Of a stretch of 58,554 nt of DNA, positions 19,984 to 29,224 are shown piece by piece. The DNA is taken from assembly GCA_046292385.1 (NCBI GenBank), contig JBKBRF010000044.1:1-58554 (forward strand), in the 5' to 3' direction. The notes below the pieces were generated by a model. It made no database searches. It worked only from the letters and a program-made list of their open reading frames with translations, and had not been told where the DNA came from. The position numbers and the translations under genes were made by a program. Source of the stretch: Armatimonadota bacterium (GTDB lineage: Bacteria > Armatimonadota > SYMT01). Each line of letters begins with the position of its first letter. Position 1 is the stretch's first letter.

Positions 19984-20180
19984 GCTTCTATTCCGTATCG
20001 CGTATTGCGTAGCGGTACGCTTTCACCGCTGAACCTCAGATCGTGCCGGGCGAGGAGCTTTGATCGCCTCTCGTCCGGCACGATCGCGTTTCTGGCGCAG
20101 CGACCCGCCCGGCAGGACGCACTGTAGCAAGGGGCCAGCTAGCCGCTACGGAATACGCGAGACGGAATACGCCCCTCCCG

Positions 20181-20945
20181 TCACGAGGCAGCGCCTTCCG
20201 AGTGTACGAGGCATCCCCGCACGAAGCGCAGGTTGTGCCGGGCGCTTTCCCGGGCGTCTTCGCCGGGGGCGGTCTCCAGCACGATCCAGCCCTGGTAGCC
20301 CTGCTCCCGCAGCACCGCCAGGCACGCTCGCAGGTCCACTCCCGGCGCGTCGAGCGGCTGCTTGTTCAGGTTCTTGGCGTGGACCTGGTAGACCAGCCCC
20401 TCCAGCTCCCGCAGCTCCGCGGCGGGGTCGGCTCCCCGCCTGGCGCCGTTGGCGAAGTCGTAGTAGCAGCGGAATGCGGGGGAGTCGAGCCACTCCAGCA
20501 CGGTGCGGGTCGACGCCGCGTCGAGCGCGTTCTCCCAGCCGATCGTGACGCCCTGTTCTTCCGCCAGCGGCAGGCAGGCGCGCACGTCGTCGCCGAACCG
20601 CTGTACGCGCGCGGTGTCGGACAGGTCGGTCAGCGAGAACTCCGGGAGCATGATCCCTCGCGCGCCGAGCGACGCCGTCTCCCGGACCGCCTCCTCCAGC
20701 CGCGCCCGCGCGATGAGCCGCTGCTCCGTCTCCTCGCTCCCCAGCCCGTCGCCGTCGCAGATCAGGCTGCAGACCGGCACCCCCGCCTCCTCGCTGCGGG
20801 CTCGGACCCGCTCCAGCGGCTCCCGCAGCTCCAGCTCCACGCCGTCGAAGCCGAGGTCGCGCGCCGTGCGGAACAGCTCTTCCCGCGGCACCCGCAGCAC
20901 CTTCTCCATCACGCCGACTCGGATCATCGCACTCCCCGTCTCCAT
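20181..20945 (-). CDS. Sugar phosphate isomerase/epimerase (TIM barrel)
   Basis: LGFDGVEL, IGWEN, YYDFAN, VHAK, GYQGWIVLE. Confidence 0.85.
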   Translation of the reverse strand: METGSAMIRVGVMEKVLRVPREELFRTARDLGFDGVELELREPLERVRARSEEAGVPVCSLICDGDGLGSEETEQRLIARARLEEAVRETASLGARGIMLPEFSLTDLSDTARVQRFGDDVRACLPLAEEQGVTIGWENALDAASTRTVLEWLDSPAFRCYYDFANGARRGADPAAELRELEGLVYQVHAKNLNKQPLDAPGVDLRACLAVLREQGYQGWIVLETAPGEDARESARHNLRFVRGCLVHSEGAAS

Positions 20946-20949
20946 CCCT

Positions 20950-21411
20950 TCATAGAGGCTGGCCGGTCGCCCCGCTCCAGATGACCCAACCGTAGGCTGC
21001 GGCCACGACCGCCGCTCCCAGGATGCGGGTGGCCGGGAGCAGGATCGCGCCCAGGCGCCCTGGCTCCCTTACGTGCGGCTCCGCCCGGCTCCGCCGCAGC
21101 GTCAGCAGCTCCGCCGCCGAGCTCCGGACGACCATCACCGCGAAAACGAAGGGGCTCAGGCCGACTGCCACCGCCCCGAAGAACCCGACCGAGAACAAGA
21201 CCACCGGAATCAGCGGCACCCCGAGCAGCAGGAACAGCGCCCCCAGTCCCCAACGCAGCCAGCGGCCCCGCAAAGGGAAGAGCCACTGCAGCCTCTCGAG
21301 GAGGGGGCCGTCCTCCCGCGCCAGCAGCAGGCACACTCCCGATCTCAGCAGCGCGACTCCGACTGCGCCAAGGGCGAACAGCACCAGGTAGAGCAGAAAC
21401 CACGGTTCCAC
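20950..21411 (-). CDS. Hypothetical membrane protein
   Basis: 153 aa with about four hydrophobic segments, co-oriented in the gene run. Confidence 0.55.
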   Translation of the reverse strand: MEPWFLLYLVLFALGAVGVALLRSGVCLLLAREDGPLLERLQWLFPLRGRWLRWGLGALFLLLGVPLIPVVLFSVGFFGAVAVGLSPFVFAVMVVRSSAAELLTLRRSRAEPHVREPGRLGAILLPATRILGAAVVAAAYGWVIWSGATGQPL

Positions 21412-21474
21412 ATTAGCAGAATGCCTCTCGGACCGAGCTGGTTGGCCCCCCTGTTGGAGACGCTCGGCGCACGC

Positions 21475-22728
21475 TTATTCCAGGATCGCGTGTTCCGTGC
21501 TGGTGACGGCGCCGTGGAGGTCCCGGAGGGTGAGGAAGTAGACGCACGGGCGCTCTTTCGGCAGCTCCGCTTCCACACCGTCCAGGCCCAGGGTGCGGGC
21601 GCGGGCGCTCTTCCAGTCTCGCTGCTGCCACGGCTTGTCGAGGTCGGTGGTCCAGTGGATCTGCCCGTCGCGGATGGTGGCGCCGCCGACCAGCTCCGTG
21701 TAGACCTTCTCGCCGCGGATCACCGGAGGGCTGGCCGGGGAGACGGTAAACGGCAGCGTCTTGGGGCGGAGGTGCATGTCGGCGAACATGCCGATCTCCG
21801 GGCGTGCCCAGCCGTCGGGGTGGCTGTGCGGCATCTTCACGGTGACGCAGAGCCACCGGGGACCGCGGACCGCCCGGTAGCTCTTCTGGTAGCTGTCGAG
21901 CGGGTAGGCGAAGTCGTTCGTCCCGTTCATCCAGAGGACCGGCGTCTTGCAGCGCGGCAGGTAACTGCCGGGGTCGAAATTCGCGATCCAGGTCCGCCGC
22001 TCGTCCTCCGGCAGCGCGTTCAGGATCGGCACCCAGACGCTGTTCTCGTGGAGGTAGCCGCAGCCGTAGACCGGCACCGCCGCCTTCAGGCGGTCGTCCA
22101 GGCTCATGACGATGCTCGTCAGGTAGCCGCCCCAGGAGATGCCGGTAATGCCGATGCGGCTGCGGTCGACCTCCGGCCGCGCGCGCAGGAGCGAGACGCC
22201 GCGGATCACGGCAGCGACCGCCTGGTACGGCCACGCGTTCTGAACCCCGTCCTTCAGCCGCTGGAACTTCCACTCGTCGGTCTGGTCCGGGCCGCCGTCC
22301 GGAAGCGGCTTGCCGTCCGGGCCCTTCCCCGCCAGGTCCATCGCCAGCGCCGCGTAGCCGCGGGCCGCCCAGAGCCGCGCCCACTCCGCGAAGGCGGTGC
22401 CCCCGCCGCCGTGGACCAGCACCATCGCGGGGAGCTTCTTCTCCTCCGGCTCGGCCGGCCGCGCGTAGTACGCGAAGACCCGGGTCGGACGCCCCCGCCA
22501 CGGCTCCCCGGCGTAGTAGACCTCCGAAATCGAGAGGAGCGTCTCGGTGCCGTCGCCGTTCTTCACCGTCTCCTGGCGGGTGCGGATCTCCTCGTGGGCC
22601 GGCGCCTTGCGCAGCGTCTTCAGGTCCCACGGGCCGGTGCCCGGCGTCTCCGCGGCGAGCCCCGCGCCGGTCAGCCCGGCGAGCAGCACCCCGAGCAGCA
22701 GCAGCCAGCGCAGTCGCATCCGGATCAC
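21475..22728 (-). CDS. Secreted alpha/beta hydrolase (acetylxylan esterase/dienelactone hydrolase-like)
   Basis: Signal peptide, VLVHGGGG, GISWGG nucleophile, NGTND, PHSH. Confidence 0.85.
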   Translation of the reverse strand: MIRMRLRWLLLLGVLLAGLTGAGLAAETPGTGPWDLKTLRKAPAHEEIRTRQETVKNGDGTETLLSISEVYYAGEPWRGRPTRVFAYYARPAEPEEKKLPAMVLVHGGGGTAFAEWARLWAARGYAALAMDLAGKGPDGKPLPDGGPDQTDEWKFQRLKDGVQNAWPYQAVAAVIRGVSLLRARPEVDRSRIGITGISWGGYLTSIVMSLDDRLKAAVPVYGCGYLHENSVWVPILNALPEDERRTWIANFDPGSYLPRCKTPVLWMNGTNDFAYPLDSYQKSYRAVRGPRWLCVTVKMPHSHPDGWARPEIGMFADMHLRPKTLPFTVSPASPPVIRGEKVYTELVGGATIRDGQIHWTTDLDKPWQQRDWKSARARTLGLDGVEAELPKERPCVYFLTLRDLHGAVTSTEHAILE

Positions 22729-22815
22729 CTCACTTCCTCAGGGGTCAGGGGCCAGGTTGCGGGCTAACGGACCTGCCAACGCGGGATAGGATCCCAAACC
22801 TGTAACAAGAGCTAG

Positions 22816-23682
22816 CTACTTCAAGTTCAGCAGGACCACGGCCGCCACTGCCAGGACGATCCCGAGCCACGCCGCCGGCGAGGGCCGCTCCCGCCAGACG
22901 AGCATGGAAGCGAGCACGTTGACCGCCACCCCGAGCGACGCGGAGACCGGGAAGACGATCACCGCCGGCAGCTCTCTCAAGGCGAGCAGCAGGAAGAGGA
23001 GCTGCGCCACGTTGACCAGTCCCAACACGGTGCCGAGGACCCCTTCGCTCAGCAGCACCCCGCCTTCCTGCACCGGCTCGGTGCGCCCGGTGTCCCGCGT
23101 GGCTGCCATCCAGAGCAGCGTGAAGAGAGTCGCCGCCAGGAAGAGCGCGGTGGAGAAGAGCGGGCGGTCCACCTCCGGCCGGGTGGCGGCGAACTCCTTC
23201 ATCAGGATCTGCGAGCCGCTGGCACTGACGAAGAGCACCAGCACGAGCGGGCTGAGCCGGATCCGCCCCGCCCCGCCGACCGCCGTCGAAGCGCTGAGGA
23301 TCGGCAGTGCGATCAGCGTGAGCAGGATCCCGACCGCCTGGTAGCTGTTCGGGACCTCCGCGAACCGCCAGATGGAGTACGGCACCGGCGCCATGAGCGA
23401 GAGCTGCAGGATCGCGCCGGTGACGGAGACGCCGCTCGCGCGCATCGCGGGGAGCATGAGAACCAGCGAGCTCACATAGGTGAACCCCGCCAGCGATCCG
23501 AGCAGCAGCGTCTGCGGATGCGCGCCCCGCCCGGCCAGCCAGAGCCAGGCCCCACACCCGGCCGCCGCGACCGCGTAGTTCAGCGCCGCCGCCGCCATCG
23601 GGCTGCGCGTGCGGGCCTGCGAAAGCCGCATCAGGTGCGCGAACGAGACGGTAGCGAGGATCCGCAGGACGAGGTAGAGCAT
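22816..23682 (-). CDS. DMT/EamA-family transporter
   Basis: About 10 TM helices in two repeats (FAE.P, WRERP); start ATG 23682. Confidence 0.8.
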   Translation of the reverse strand: MLYLVLRILATVSFAHLMRLSQARTRSPMAAAALNYAVAAAGCGAWLWLAGRGAHPQTLLLGSLAGFTYVSSLVLMLPAMRASGVSVTGAILQLSLMAPVPYSIWRFAEVPNSYQAVGILLTLIALPILSASTAVGGAGRIRLSPLVLVLFVSASGSQILMKEFAATRPEVDRPLFSTALFLAATLFTLLWMAATRDTGRTEPVQEGGVLLSEGVLGTVLGLVNVAQLLFLLLALRELPAVIVFPVSASLGVAVNVLASMLVWRERPSPAAWLGIVLAVAAVVLLNLK

Positions 23683-23872
23683 GCGGGGGCAGGACCGCCA
23701 GGCGCAGGCTCTGACGGGGGCTTGCGCGGGAGTAAGTGTGCCGGTCCCAGCCCGGAGGCCGCCGGTAGGCAAGTTACAGGTTGGCAGGTTTCCGGACCCG
23801 CTTCACGGCGAGATTACTGGAACCCCGCCAACCTGCCAACTAGCGGTGTGTCCAGGTACCGCTGATGTGTTG

Positions 23873-24072
23873 GAGTGGGCGCAAGGGAGAGTGGGGAGGG
23901 AGAGGGATGAACGATGCAGGATTAGGGATGAATCCGGAACCTCCCGGTACGGGCACTCCTACTCCTTCTCGTTCTCCTTCTCTTTCTCGAAAGCTCGCCG
24001 GGCCGCCGCTGCTTCGGCCAAAAGAGCAACGCTCCCGTAGGCGCTTTCTCCCACCCTCCCTTGCGCCCACTC
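23873..24072. repeat. ~200-nt MITE-like element
   Basis: Perfect 17-bp terminal inverted repeat GAGTGGGCGCAAGGGAG; second copy at 32392-32573. Confidence 0.8.
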
Positions 24073-24091
24073 TCCCTCTCGGTCCGGGCGG

Positions 24092-24517
24092 TTACTTCTT
24101 GTGCGCTACGTGGCACGCGCCGCACGACTTGGTCACGCCGGCATAGGCCGCCTGCGCCGCGGCGAGGTCGCGCGCTTCCAGCTTGGCAACCACTTCCTGC
24201 GCGCTCTTCTCCATCAGCTTGCAGGCGTTCGCCCAGGTTTCGTCCGGGCATCGGTCGTCCGCCATCATCACGTGCGCGGACTCGTTCAGCAGCGCCGCCT
24301 CGGTGATGGCGGCTTCCCAGGCCTTGTCATCGGCCGGAGTGGTCTTCAAGGCCTCTCCGAGGGCGGTGGTCCTCGGCTTGACTAGCGAGTTCATGAGCTG
24401 CTTGGTGGTCAGCGGCCGGGTCTTCCCCTTCTTAACCTGCGCGGACGACTGGACGGCAAACCCGACCAGCCCCGCCACCGCCAGTACGGCGCAGATGGTT
24501 GCGCGGCGTGCGTTCAC
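24092..24517 (-). CDS. Class II (c'-type) cytochrome c
   Basis: Signal peptide, helical body, C-terminal CGACH. Confidence 0.85.
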   Translation of the reverse strand: MNARRATICAVLAVAGLVGFAVQSSAQVKKGKTRPLTTKQLMNSLVKPRTTALGEALKTTPADDKAWEAAITEAALLNESAHVMMADDRCPDETWANACKLMEKSAQEVVAKLEARDLAAAQAAYAGVTKSCGACHVAHKK

Positions 24518-24610
24518 TACGATCTCCTGCGGGCCGAGCTCCCTCCACGGCCGCCCGCCGGGCCCGAAGGGCGGAAGGCCGTTCTATCGTACCACGAGCG
24601 GGCAGTTTTC

Positions 24611-24780
24611 GGGAGGGTTTAGGGTCTAGGGTTTAGGGTGTAGGCGACCGGGCGGTCGCGCTACCCGATCAGGAGCGCAGTCGAATGTCCGGGAGGTCCC
24701 AGCAGCGGCGGGGTAGGAGTAGTCGCGCACGCACGGCGCGATCAGCCCGGCACAGACTGATACCCTAGACCCTAGACCCT
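24611..24780. repeat. Inverted pair of heptamer arrays (AGGGTNT / ACCCTAG)
   Basis: AGGGTTT-AGGGTCT-AGGGTTT-AGGGTGT at 24614-24641; ACCCTAG x2.7 at 24762-24780. Confidence 0.75.
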
Positions 24781-24787
24781 GTCCCCG

Positions 24788-25279
24788 TCAGAGGCGGAAG
24801 CCCAGGACTCGATCCACTTCCTCGTACGCGGCCGCTTCGATGAGGGCGCCGTCCGGGTCGTGGAAGTAGACCAGCCGCTTGCGGCCGAGGCTGCCGACCT
24901 GGAACGGGACGTCGCACGGCTCGCTCAGCGGCTCCACGCCGGCGGAGCGGAGCCGCTGGACCAGCGCCTCCAGGCTGTCGACCACGAACGCGAGGTGGCG
25001 CAGTCCCGGGGTGTGCGGCAGACTGGCGGCGGGGATCGGCTCCCCCGTGGGGGTGAGGTACTGGAGCAGCTCCAGGCGCGCGCCGCCCTCGTCGGACTCC
25101 ATGAAGAGGCACTGCGCGCGGGCGCCGGGCAGGCGGGTCAAGCGCTCCAGCCACTCCCCTTCCAGCACCCGGCCGAAGCCGCGCCGGAGCCCCAGCACCT
25201 GCTCGTAGAAGCGGGCGGCGCGCTCCAGGTCCGCCACCACGATGTTCACGTGATCCACTCGGCTCATTGCGGCAATCAT
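24788..25279 (-). CDS. VOC/glyoxalase family protein
   Basis: DHVNIVVADL..FY, LELLQY, GLRHLAFVVD, YFHDPDG..IE. Confidence 0.9.
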   Translation of the reverse strand: MIAAMSRVDHVNIVVADLERAARFYEQVLGLRRGFGRVLEGEWLERLTRLPGARAQCLFMESDEGGARLELLQYLTPTGEPIPAASLPHTPGLRHLAFVVDSLEALVQRLRSAGVEPLSEPCDVPFQVGSLGRKRLVYFHDPDGALIEAAAYEEVDRVLGFRL

Positions 25280-25337
25280 ATCGCGGCCCCCCGCGGAGAG
25301 CGTGCAGGTTCGGGGGTTCCGCCCGGAGTAGGCCGTG

Positions 25338-25346
25338 TGCTATAAC
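25338..25346 (+). promoter_or_regulatory. Extended -10 promoter element for sulP
   Basis: TG-C-TATAAC in the divergent intergenic region. Confidence 0.6.
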
Positions 25347-25354
25347 AGGTCCGC

Positions 25355-25475
25355 CTGGTGTGGTGGACGAGCTGAGGGTTTGCCTGGCTCTGGTAGAGCA
25401 GCCGGCGAATCCGATGATGTTCCTGCCCCCGCCATTCAGCGCCGCGAGCGCTGATCCGATCTGGGCCGTCCCGGC
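25355..25475 (+). ncRNA. Candidate cis-regulatory structured leader RNA
   Basis: GGACG/CGTCC closing stem enclosing GGGTTTGCC/GGCGAATCC and TCAGCGC/GCGCTGA hairpins, directly after the -10 element. Confidence 0.45.
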
Positions 25476-25670
25476 GAGCGCGCGCTCCCTCCCTCTGCGC
25501 GCCGCACGTCGGCGGCCCACGCCAACCTAGCGTCGACCCTCACCGGGTCCCTGGCGCTTCCCCTCTTCTCACGCGCTGCGTCGCTCCGCCGGCCGCGTCC
25601 GGCCCGCTCTCGCGCGCGTCTGTTACCCACCGGCTCCGCCGTTCTCCGCGGCGGCCAGAGAGACACTCGT

Positions 25671-27164
25671 TTGAACGTATCCGTATTGCTCCGCACTCTC
25701 CGTACGGAGTGGCTTTCCAACGTCCGGCCCGACATCCTCTCCGGCATCGTCGTCGCCCTCGCGCTCATTCCGGAGGCGATCGCCTTCTCCATCATCGCCG
25801 GGGTCGACCCCAAGGTCGGGCTCTACGCCGCCTTCTGCATTGCGGTCACCACCTCGTTCGTGGGAGGCCGCCCGGGAATGATCTCCGCCGCGACAGGTGC
25901 GATGGCCCTGCTGATGATCACCCTGGTGAAGCAGCACGGGCTGCAGTATCTCTTCGCGGCGACTATCCTCTGCGGCGTCCTGCAGATCCTGTTCGGCTGG
26001 CAGAAGCTGGGGCGCTACATGAAGTTCGTGCCGAAGGCGGTGATGACCGGCTTCGTCAACGCACTGGCGATCCTGATCTTCATGGCGCAGTTCCCGCAGT
26101 TCACCGGCGCCACCTGGCCGATGTACGCCATGGTCGCCGCGGGCCTCGCCATCATCTACCTGCTGCCGCGCCTCACGACCGCGGTCCCGTCTCCGCTGGT
26201 GGCGATCATCGTCCTCACGGCGGTGGCGATCTACCTGCGGCTCGACGTGCGCACCGTGGGAGACATGGGCACGCTGCCGACGGCGCTCCCTGCCTTCGGC
26301 CTGCCCCAGGTGCCGCTGAACTGGGAGACGCTCTCGATCATCTTCCCGTACGCCGTCACGCTCGCGATGGTCGGCCTCCTGGAGTCGCTGCTCACCGCCA
26401 CGCTGGTAGACGACCTGACCGACACCCCCAGCGATAAGAACCGGGAGTCGCGCGGGCAGGGCATCGCCAACATCGTCGCCGGCCTCTTCGGCGGCATGGC
26501 GGGCTGCGCCATGATCGGCCAGTCGGTGATCAACGTGAAATCCGGCGGGCGTACGCGGCTCTCGTCGCTCTGCGCGGGCGTGCTGCTCCTCTTCTTCATC
26601 GTGGTGCTCGGCGACTGGGTGCGCCGGATCCCGATGGGCGCCCTGGTGGCGGTGATGTTCATGGTCTCGATCGGCACCTTCGACTGGAGCTCGCTCAAGA
26701 ACATCCGCACCGTCCCGCGGGGCGAGACGATCGTGATGGTGGCGACGGTCGTCACGGTGGTCCAGACGCACGACCTCGCCAGGGGCGTGCTCGTGGGCGT
26801 GCTGCTCAGCGCGGTGATGTTCGCGCGGAAGCTGGCGAAGATGATGTCGATCGGCAGCACGCTGAGCGCGGACGGCACCTGCCGGACTTACCGCGTGGCG
26901 GGACAGCTCTTCTTCGTCACCGTGCAGGACTTCCTGCAGGCGTTCGACTTCGCGGAGCGCGTGCCGGTGGTCGAGATCGACCTCACCCACGCGCACATCT
27001 GGGACGGCTCCGTCGTCGCGGCGATCGACAAGGTAGTCCTGAAGCTGCGGGCCAACGGAGCGACGGTCCACCTGACCGGGCTCAACGAGGCCAGTGCCAG
27101 CCTGATCGACCGGCTGGCGATTCACGACAAGCCGGAGGCCTACGAGAGCGCCGCCAGCCACTAA
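25671..27164 (+). CDS. SulP-family inorganic anion transporter with STAS domain
   Basis: [44 protein letters not shown]. Confidence 0.95.
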   Translation: MNVSVLLRTLRTEWLSNVRPDILSGIVVALALIPEAIAFSIIAGVDPKVGLYAAFCIAVTTSFVGGRPGMISAATGAMALLMITLVKQHGLQYLFAATILCGVLQILFGWQKLGRYMKFVPKAVMTGFVNALAILIFMAQFPQFTGATWPMYAMVAAGLAIIYLLPRLTTAVPSPLVAIIVLTAVAIYLRLDVRTVGDMGTLPTALPAFGLPQVPLNWETLSIIFPYAVTLAMVGLLESLLTATLVDDLTDTPSDKNRESRGQGIANIVAGLFGGMAGCAMIGQSVINVKSGGRTRLSSLCAGVLLLFFIVVLGDWVRRIPMGALVAVMFMVSIGTFDWSSLKNIRTVPRGETIVMVATVVTVVQTHDLARGVLVGVLLSAVMFARKLAKMMSIGSTLSADGTCRTYRVAGQLFFVTVQDFLQAFDFAERVPVVEIDLTHAHIWDGSVVAAIDKVVLKLRANGATVHLTGLNEASASLIDRLAIHDKPEAYESAASH

Positions 27165-27187
27165 CGCGCCCGTACCTGGCTCGCTAG

Positions 27188-27226
27188 CGGCCGTGCCCTC
27201 CCCAAAATCCAGAGGGCACGGCCGTT
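27188..27226 (+). terminator. Intrinsic terminator-like hairpin after sulP
   Basis: 13-bp CGGCCGTGCCCTC/GAGGGCACGGCCG stem followed by TTT. Confidence 0.6.
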
Positions 27227-27463
27227 TCCGCCCCGGGGCGCTGGCAGATCTTCCGGTTCGCCGAGTCTGCGGACGGGTAATCTTGTTTGCCGATTTTGCG
27301 TAGCCCGGCCGGCCATGTGGGTATGGTAGCCGCAGCAGGGAACCGAGCGATCGGACTCCGCCCAAGTACCGGGCGACGCCTGGCGGACTCACCTCTCCGC
27401 CGTCCCCTCGTGCGAGCGTCTCGCGTGCCCTGCGCTAGGACTCGGTCGGGAGCGAAAACCCTG

Positions 27464-29206
27464 ATGCCCAGAACTCTTCTTCGTTTCTTCCTCCTGCTCG
27501 GCACCCTAGCTGCGCTGCTCGGCGGCTCTCCCGCGTGGGCGGGGAGCATCGCCGACGACCTCCTGAAAACGATTCAGGAGGCGCCGAATGCCCCCACGCT
27601 CCAGCGCGTGATCGTGCAGTTCAGCGAGCCGGGGGTGAACGGCCACACCCTGGCGGCGCTCTACGGCGGCTCGCTGCTTACGGAGCTGCCGCTCATCAAC
27701 GGCGCCGCTCTCCAGATCCCGCTGGCGAACCTGGACGTCCTCGCGGGGGATGCCCTGGTGCGGCACGTTTCGCCGGACCGGCCGATCTACAAGCAGTGGG
27801 ACTTCGATACGCAGACCACCGGCGCCAGCCAGGTCTGGGCCAGCCCCGGCTACCGCGGCGGCGGCGTGCGGGTGGCGGTGCTCGATACCGGCGTCTACGG
27901 CGGCTCGCACGAGTGGAATACCTTCGGCGGCGCCGGGAGCCGGATCGCCGCGTGGAAGGACTTCGTCAACGGTGAGCCGGCTCCGTACGACGACCACGGT
28001 CACGGCACCCACGTTGCCGGCATCGTGCTGGGGAGCGGGAGCGGCTCCCGCGGCTTCGTCTCCGGCGCGGCGCCGGACGCGGAGCTGGTGGCGGTCAAGG
28101 TGCTCGACAGCCAGGGCAGCGGCTACGCCAGCACCATCATCCAGGGGCTCGACTGGTGCCTGCAGAACCGCGCCTCGCTCGGGCTGCGCGTGATCAACCT
28201 CTCGCTGGGCCAGCGTCCGGGGGAGAGTTACACCACCGATCCGCTCTGCTCCGCCGTGCGGCGCGCGGTGCAGCAGGGCGTGGTCGTCGTTTGCTCCGCC
28301 GGAAACCAGGGCAAAGACGGCGACGGGAAGGTGCGCTACGGCGGCATCTCCTGCCCCGGGATCGAGCCGGCCGCGGTGACGGTCGGCGCCCTCAACACCT
28401 TCGGCACCGCGAGCCGCCGGGACGACGGCATCTGCACCTACAGCAGCCGCGGTCCGACCTTCATCGACCACGTCGCGAAGCCGGACCTGGTCGCCCCGGG
28501 GAACCGCATCGTCTCCGTGCGCGCGCCCGGCTCCACGATGGACGTCGCCTATCCGGGCAACCGGCTCGACTTCGACCCGAGCACGCCGGCGACGGTCGAC
28601 TACTACGTCCTCTCCGGCACCAGTATGGCCGCCCCGCAGGTCGCGGCCACCGCCGCGCTGGTGCTCCAGGCAAATCCGGCACTTGCTCCCAACGCGGTAA
28701 AGGGCATCTTGATGTACACCGCCGAGGAGCTTTCCCTCCGGGATCCCTCCGGCCGCAAGCTGAAGGGCGGGCTCTCCCTGGTGACGCAGGGGGCGGGTGC
28801 GCTGAACGCGCTCGGCGCGGTGGAGATGGCGCTGCAGATCGACGCCTCCGCGCCGGTCGGAGAGCGCTGGGTCGACAAGTCGCTCGACAAGCAGTCCCGC
28901 ATCGGTAAGCAGGTGGTGCAGTGGCGGCGCGAGATCTTCTGGGGCGGCCGGCGCTACTTCGGACGCAAGACCTTCGAGTACCACCAGCTCGCCTGGACGG
29001 AGCAGACCACCTGGGGAGATGACGAGGCGTTCGCGATTGACCAGACCACCTGGTCCGACGACGAGGTAAAGACCACCCAGCCGACCTGGAGCGACGACTC
29101 GGTCTGGGGCGATCAACGGATCTGGGGCGACCAGACGACCTGGTCCGACGATGAGCCGAAGGTGATCGGCGATCCCGGAGACTCGGCAACGGCACCGGGG
29201 CCCTGA
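27464..29206 (+). CDS. Secreted S8 subtilase (AprX-like) with C-terminal Trp/Asp peptide repeats
   Basis: Signal peptide, prodomain, triad VAVLDTG / HGHGTHVAG / SGTSMAAP; start ATG 27464. Confidence 0.93.
   Translation: MPRTLLRFFLLLGTLAALLGGSPAWAGSIADDLLKTIQEAPNAPTLQRVIVQFSEPGVNGHTLAALYGGSLLTELPLINGAALQIPLANLDVLAGDALVRHVSPDRPIYKQWDFDTQTTGASQVWASPGYRGGGVRVAVLDTGVYGGSHEWNTFGGAGSRIAAWKDFVNGEPAPYDDHGHGTHVAGIVLGSGSGSRGFVSGAAPDAELVAVKVLDSQGSGYASTIIQGLDWCLQNRASLGLRVINLSLGQRPGESYTTDPLCSAVRRAVQQGVVVVCSAGNQGKDGDGKVRYGGISCPGIEPAAVTVGALNTFGTASRRDDGICTYSSRGPTFIDHVAKPDLVAPGNRIVSVRAPGSTMDVAYPGNRLDFDPSTPATVDYYVLSGTSMAAPQVAATAALVLQANPALAPNAVKGILMYTAEELSLRDPSGRKLKGGLSLVTQGAGALNALGAVEMALQIDASAPVGERWVDKSLDKQSRIGKQVVQWRREIFWGGRRYFGRKTFEYHQLAWTEQTTWGDDEAFAIDQTTWSDDEVKTTQPTWSDDSVWGDQRIWGDQTTWSDDEPKVIGDPGDSATAPGP
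29003..29152 (+). repeat. Coding repeats QTTW(G/S)DD and xxWGD
   Basis: QTTWGDD, QTTWSDD, QPTWSDD, SVWGD, RIWGD, QTTWSDD. Confidence 0.9.
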
Positions 29207-29224
29207 TCGCCGTGTGCTGACAGT

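Noticed and set aside
24611..24644. TTTAGGG as eukaryotic telomere contamination
   Set aside because: Short, degenerate, paired with an inverted partner and embedded among bacterial genes.
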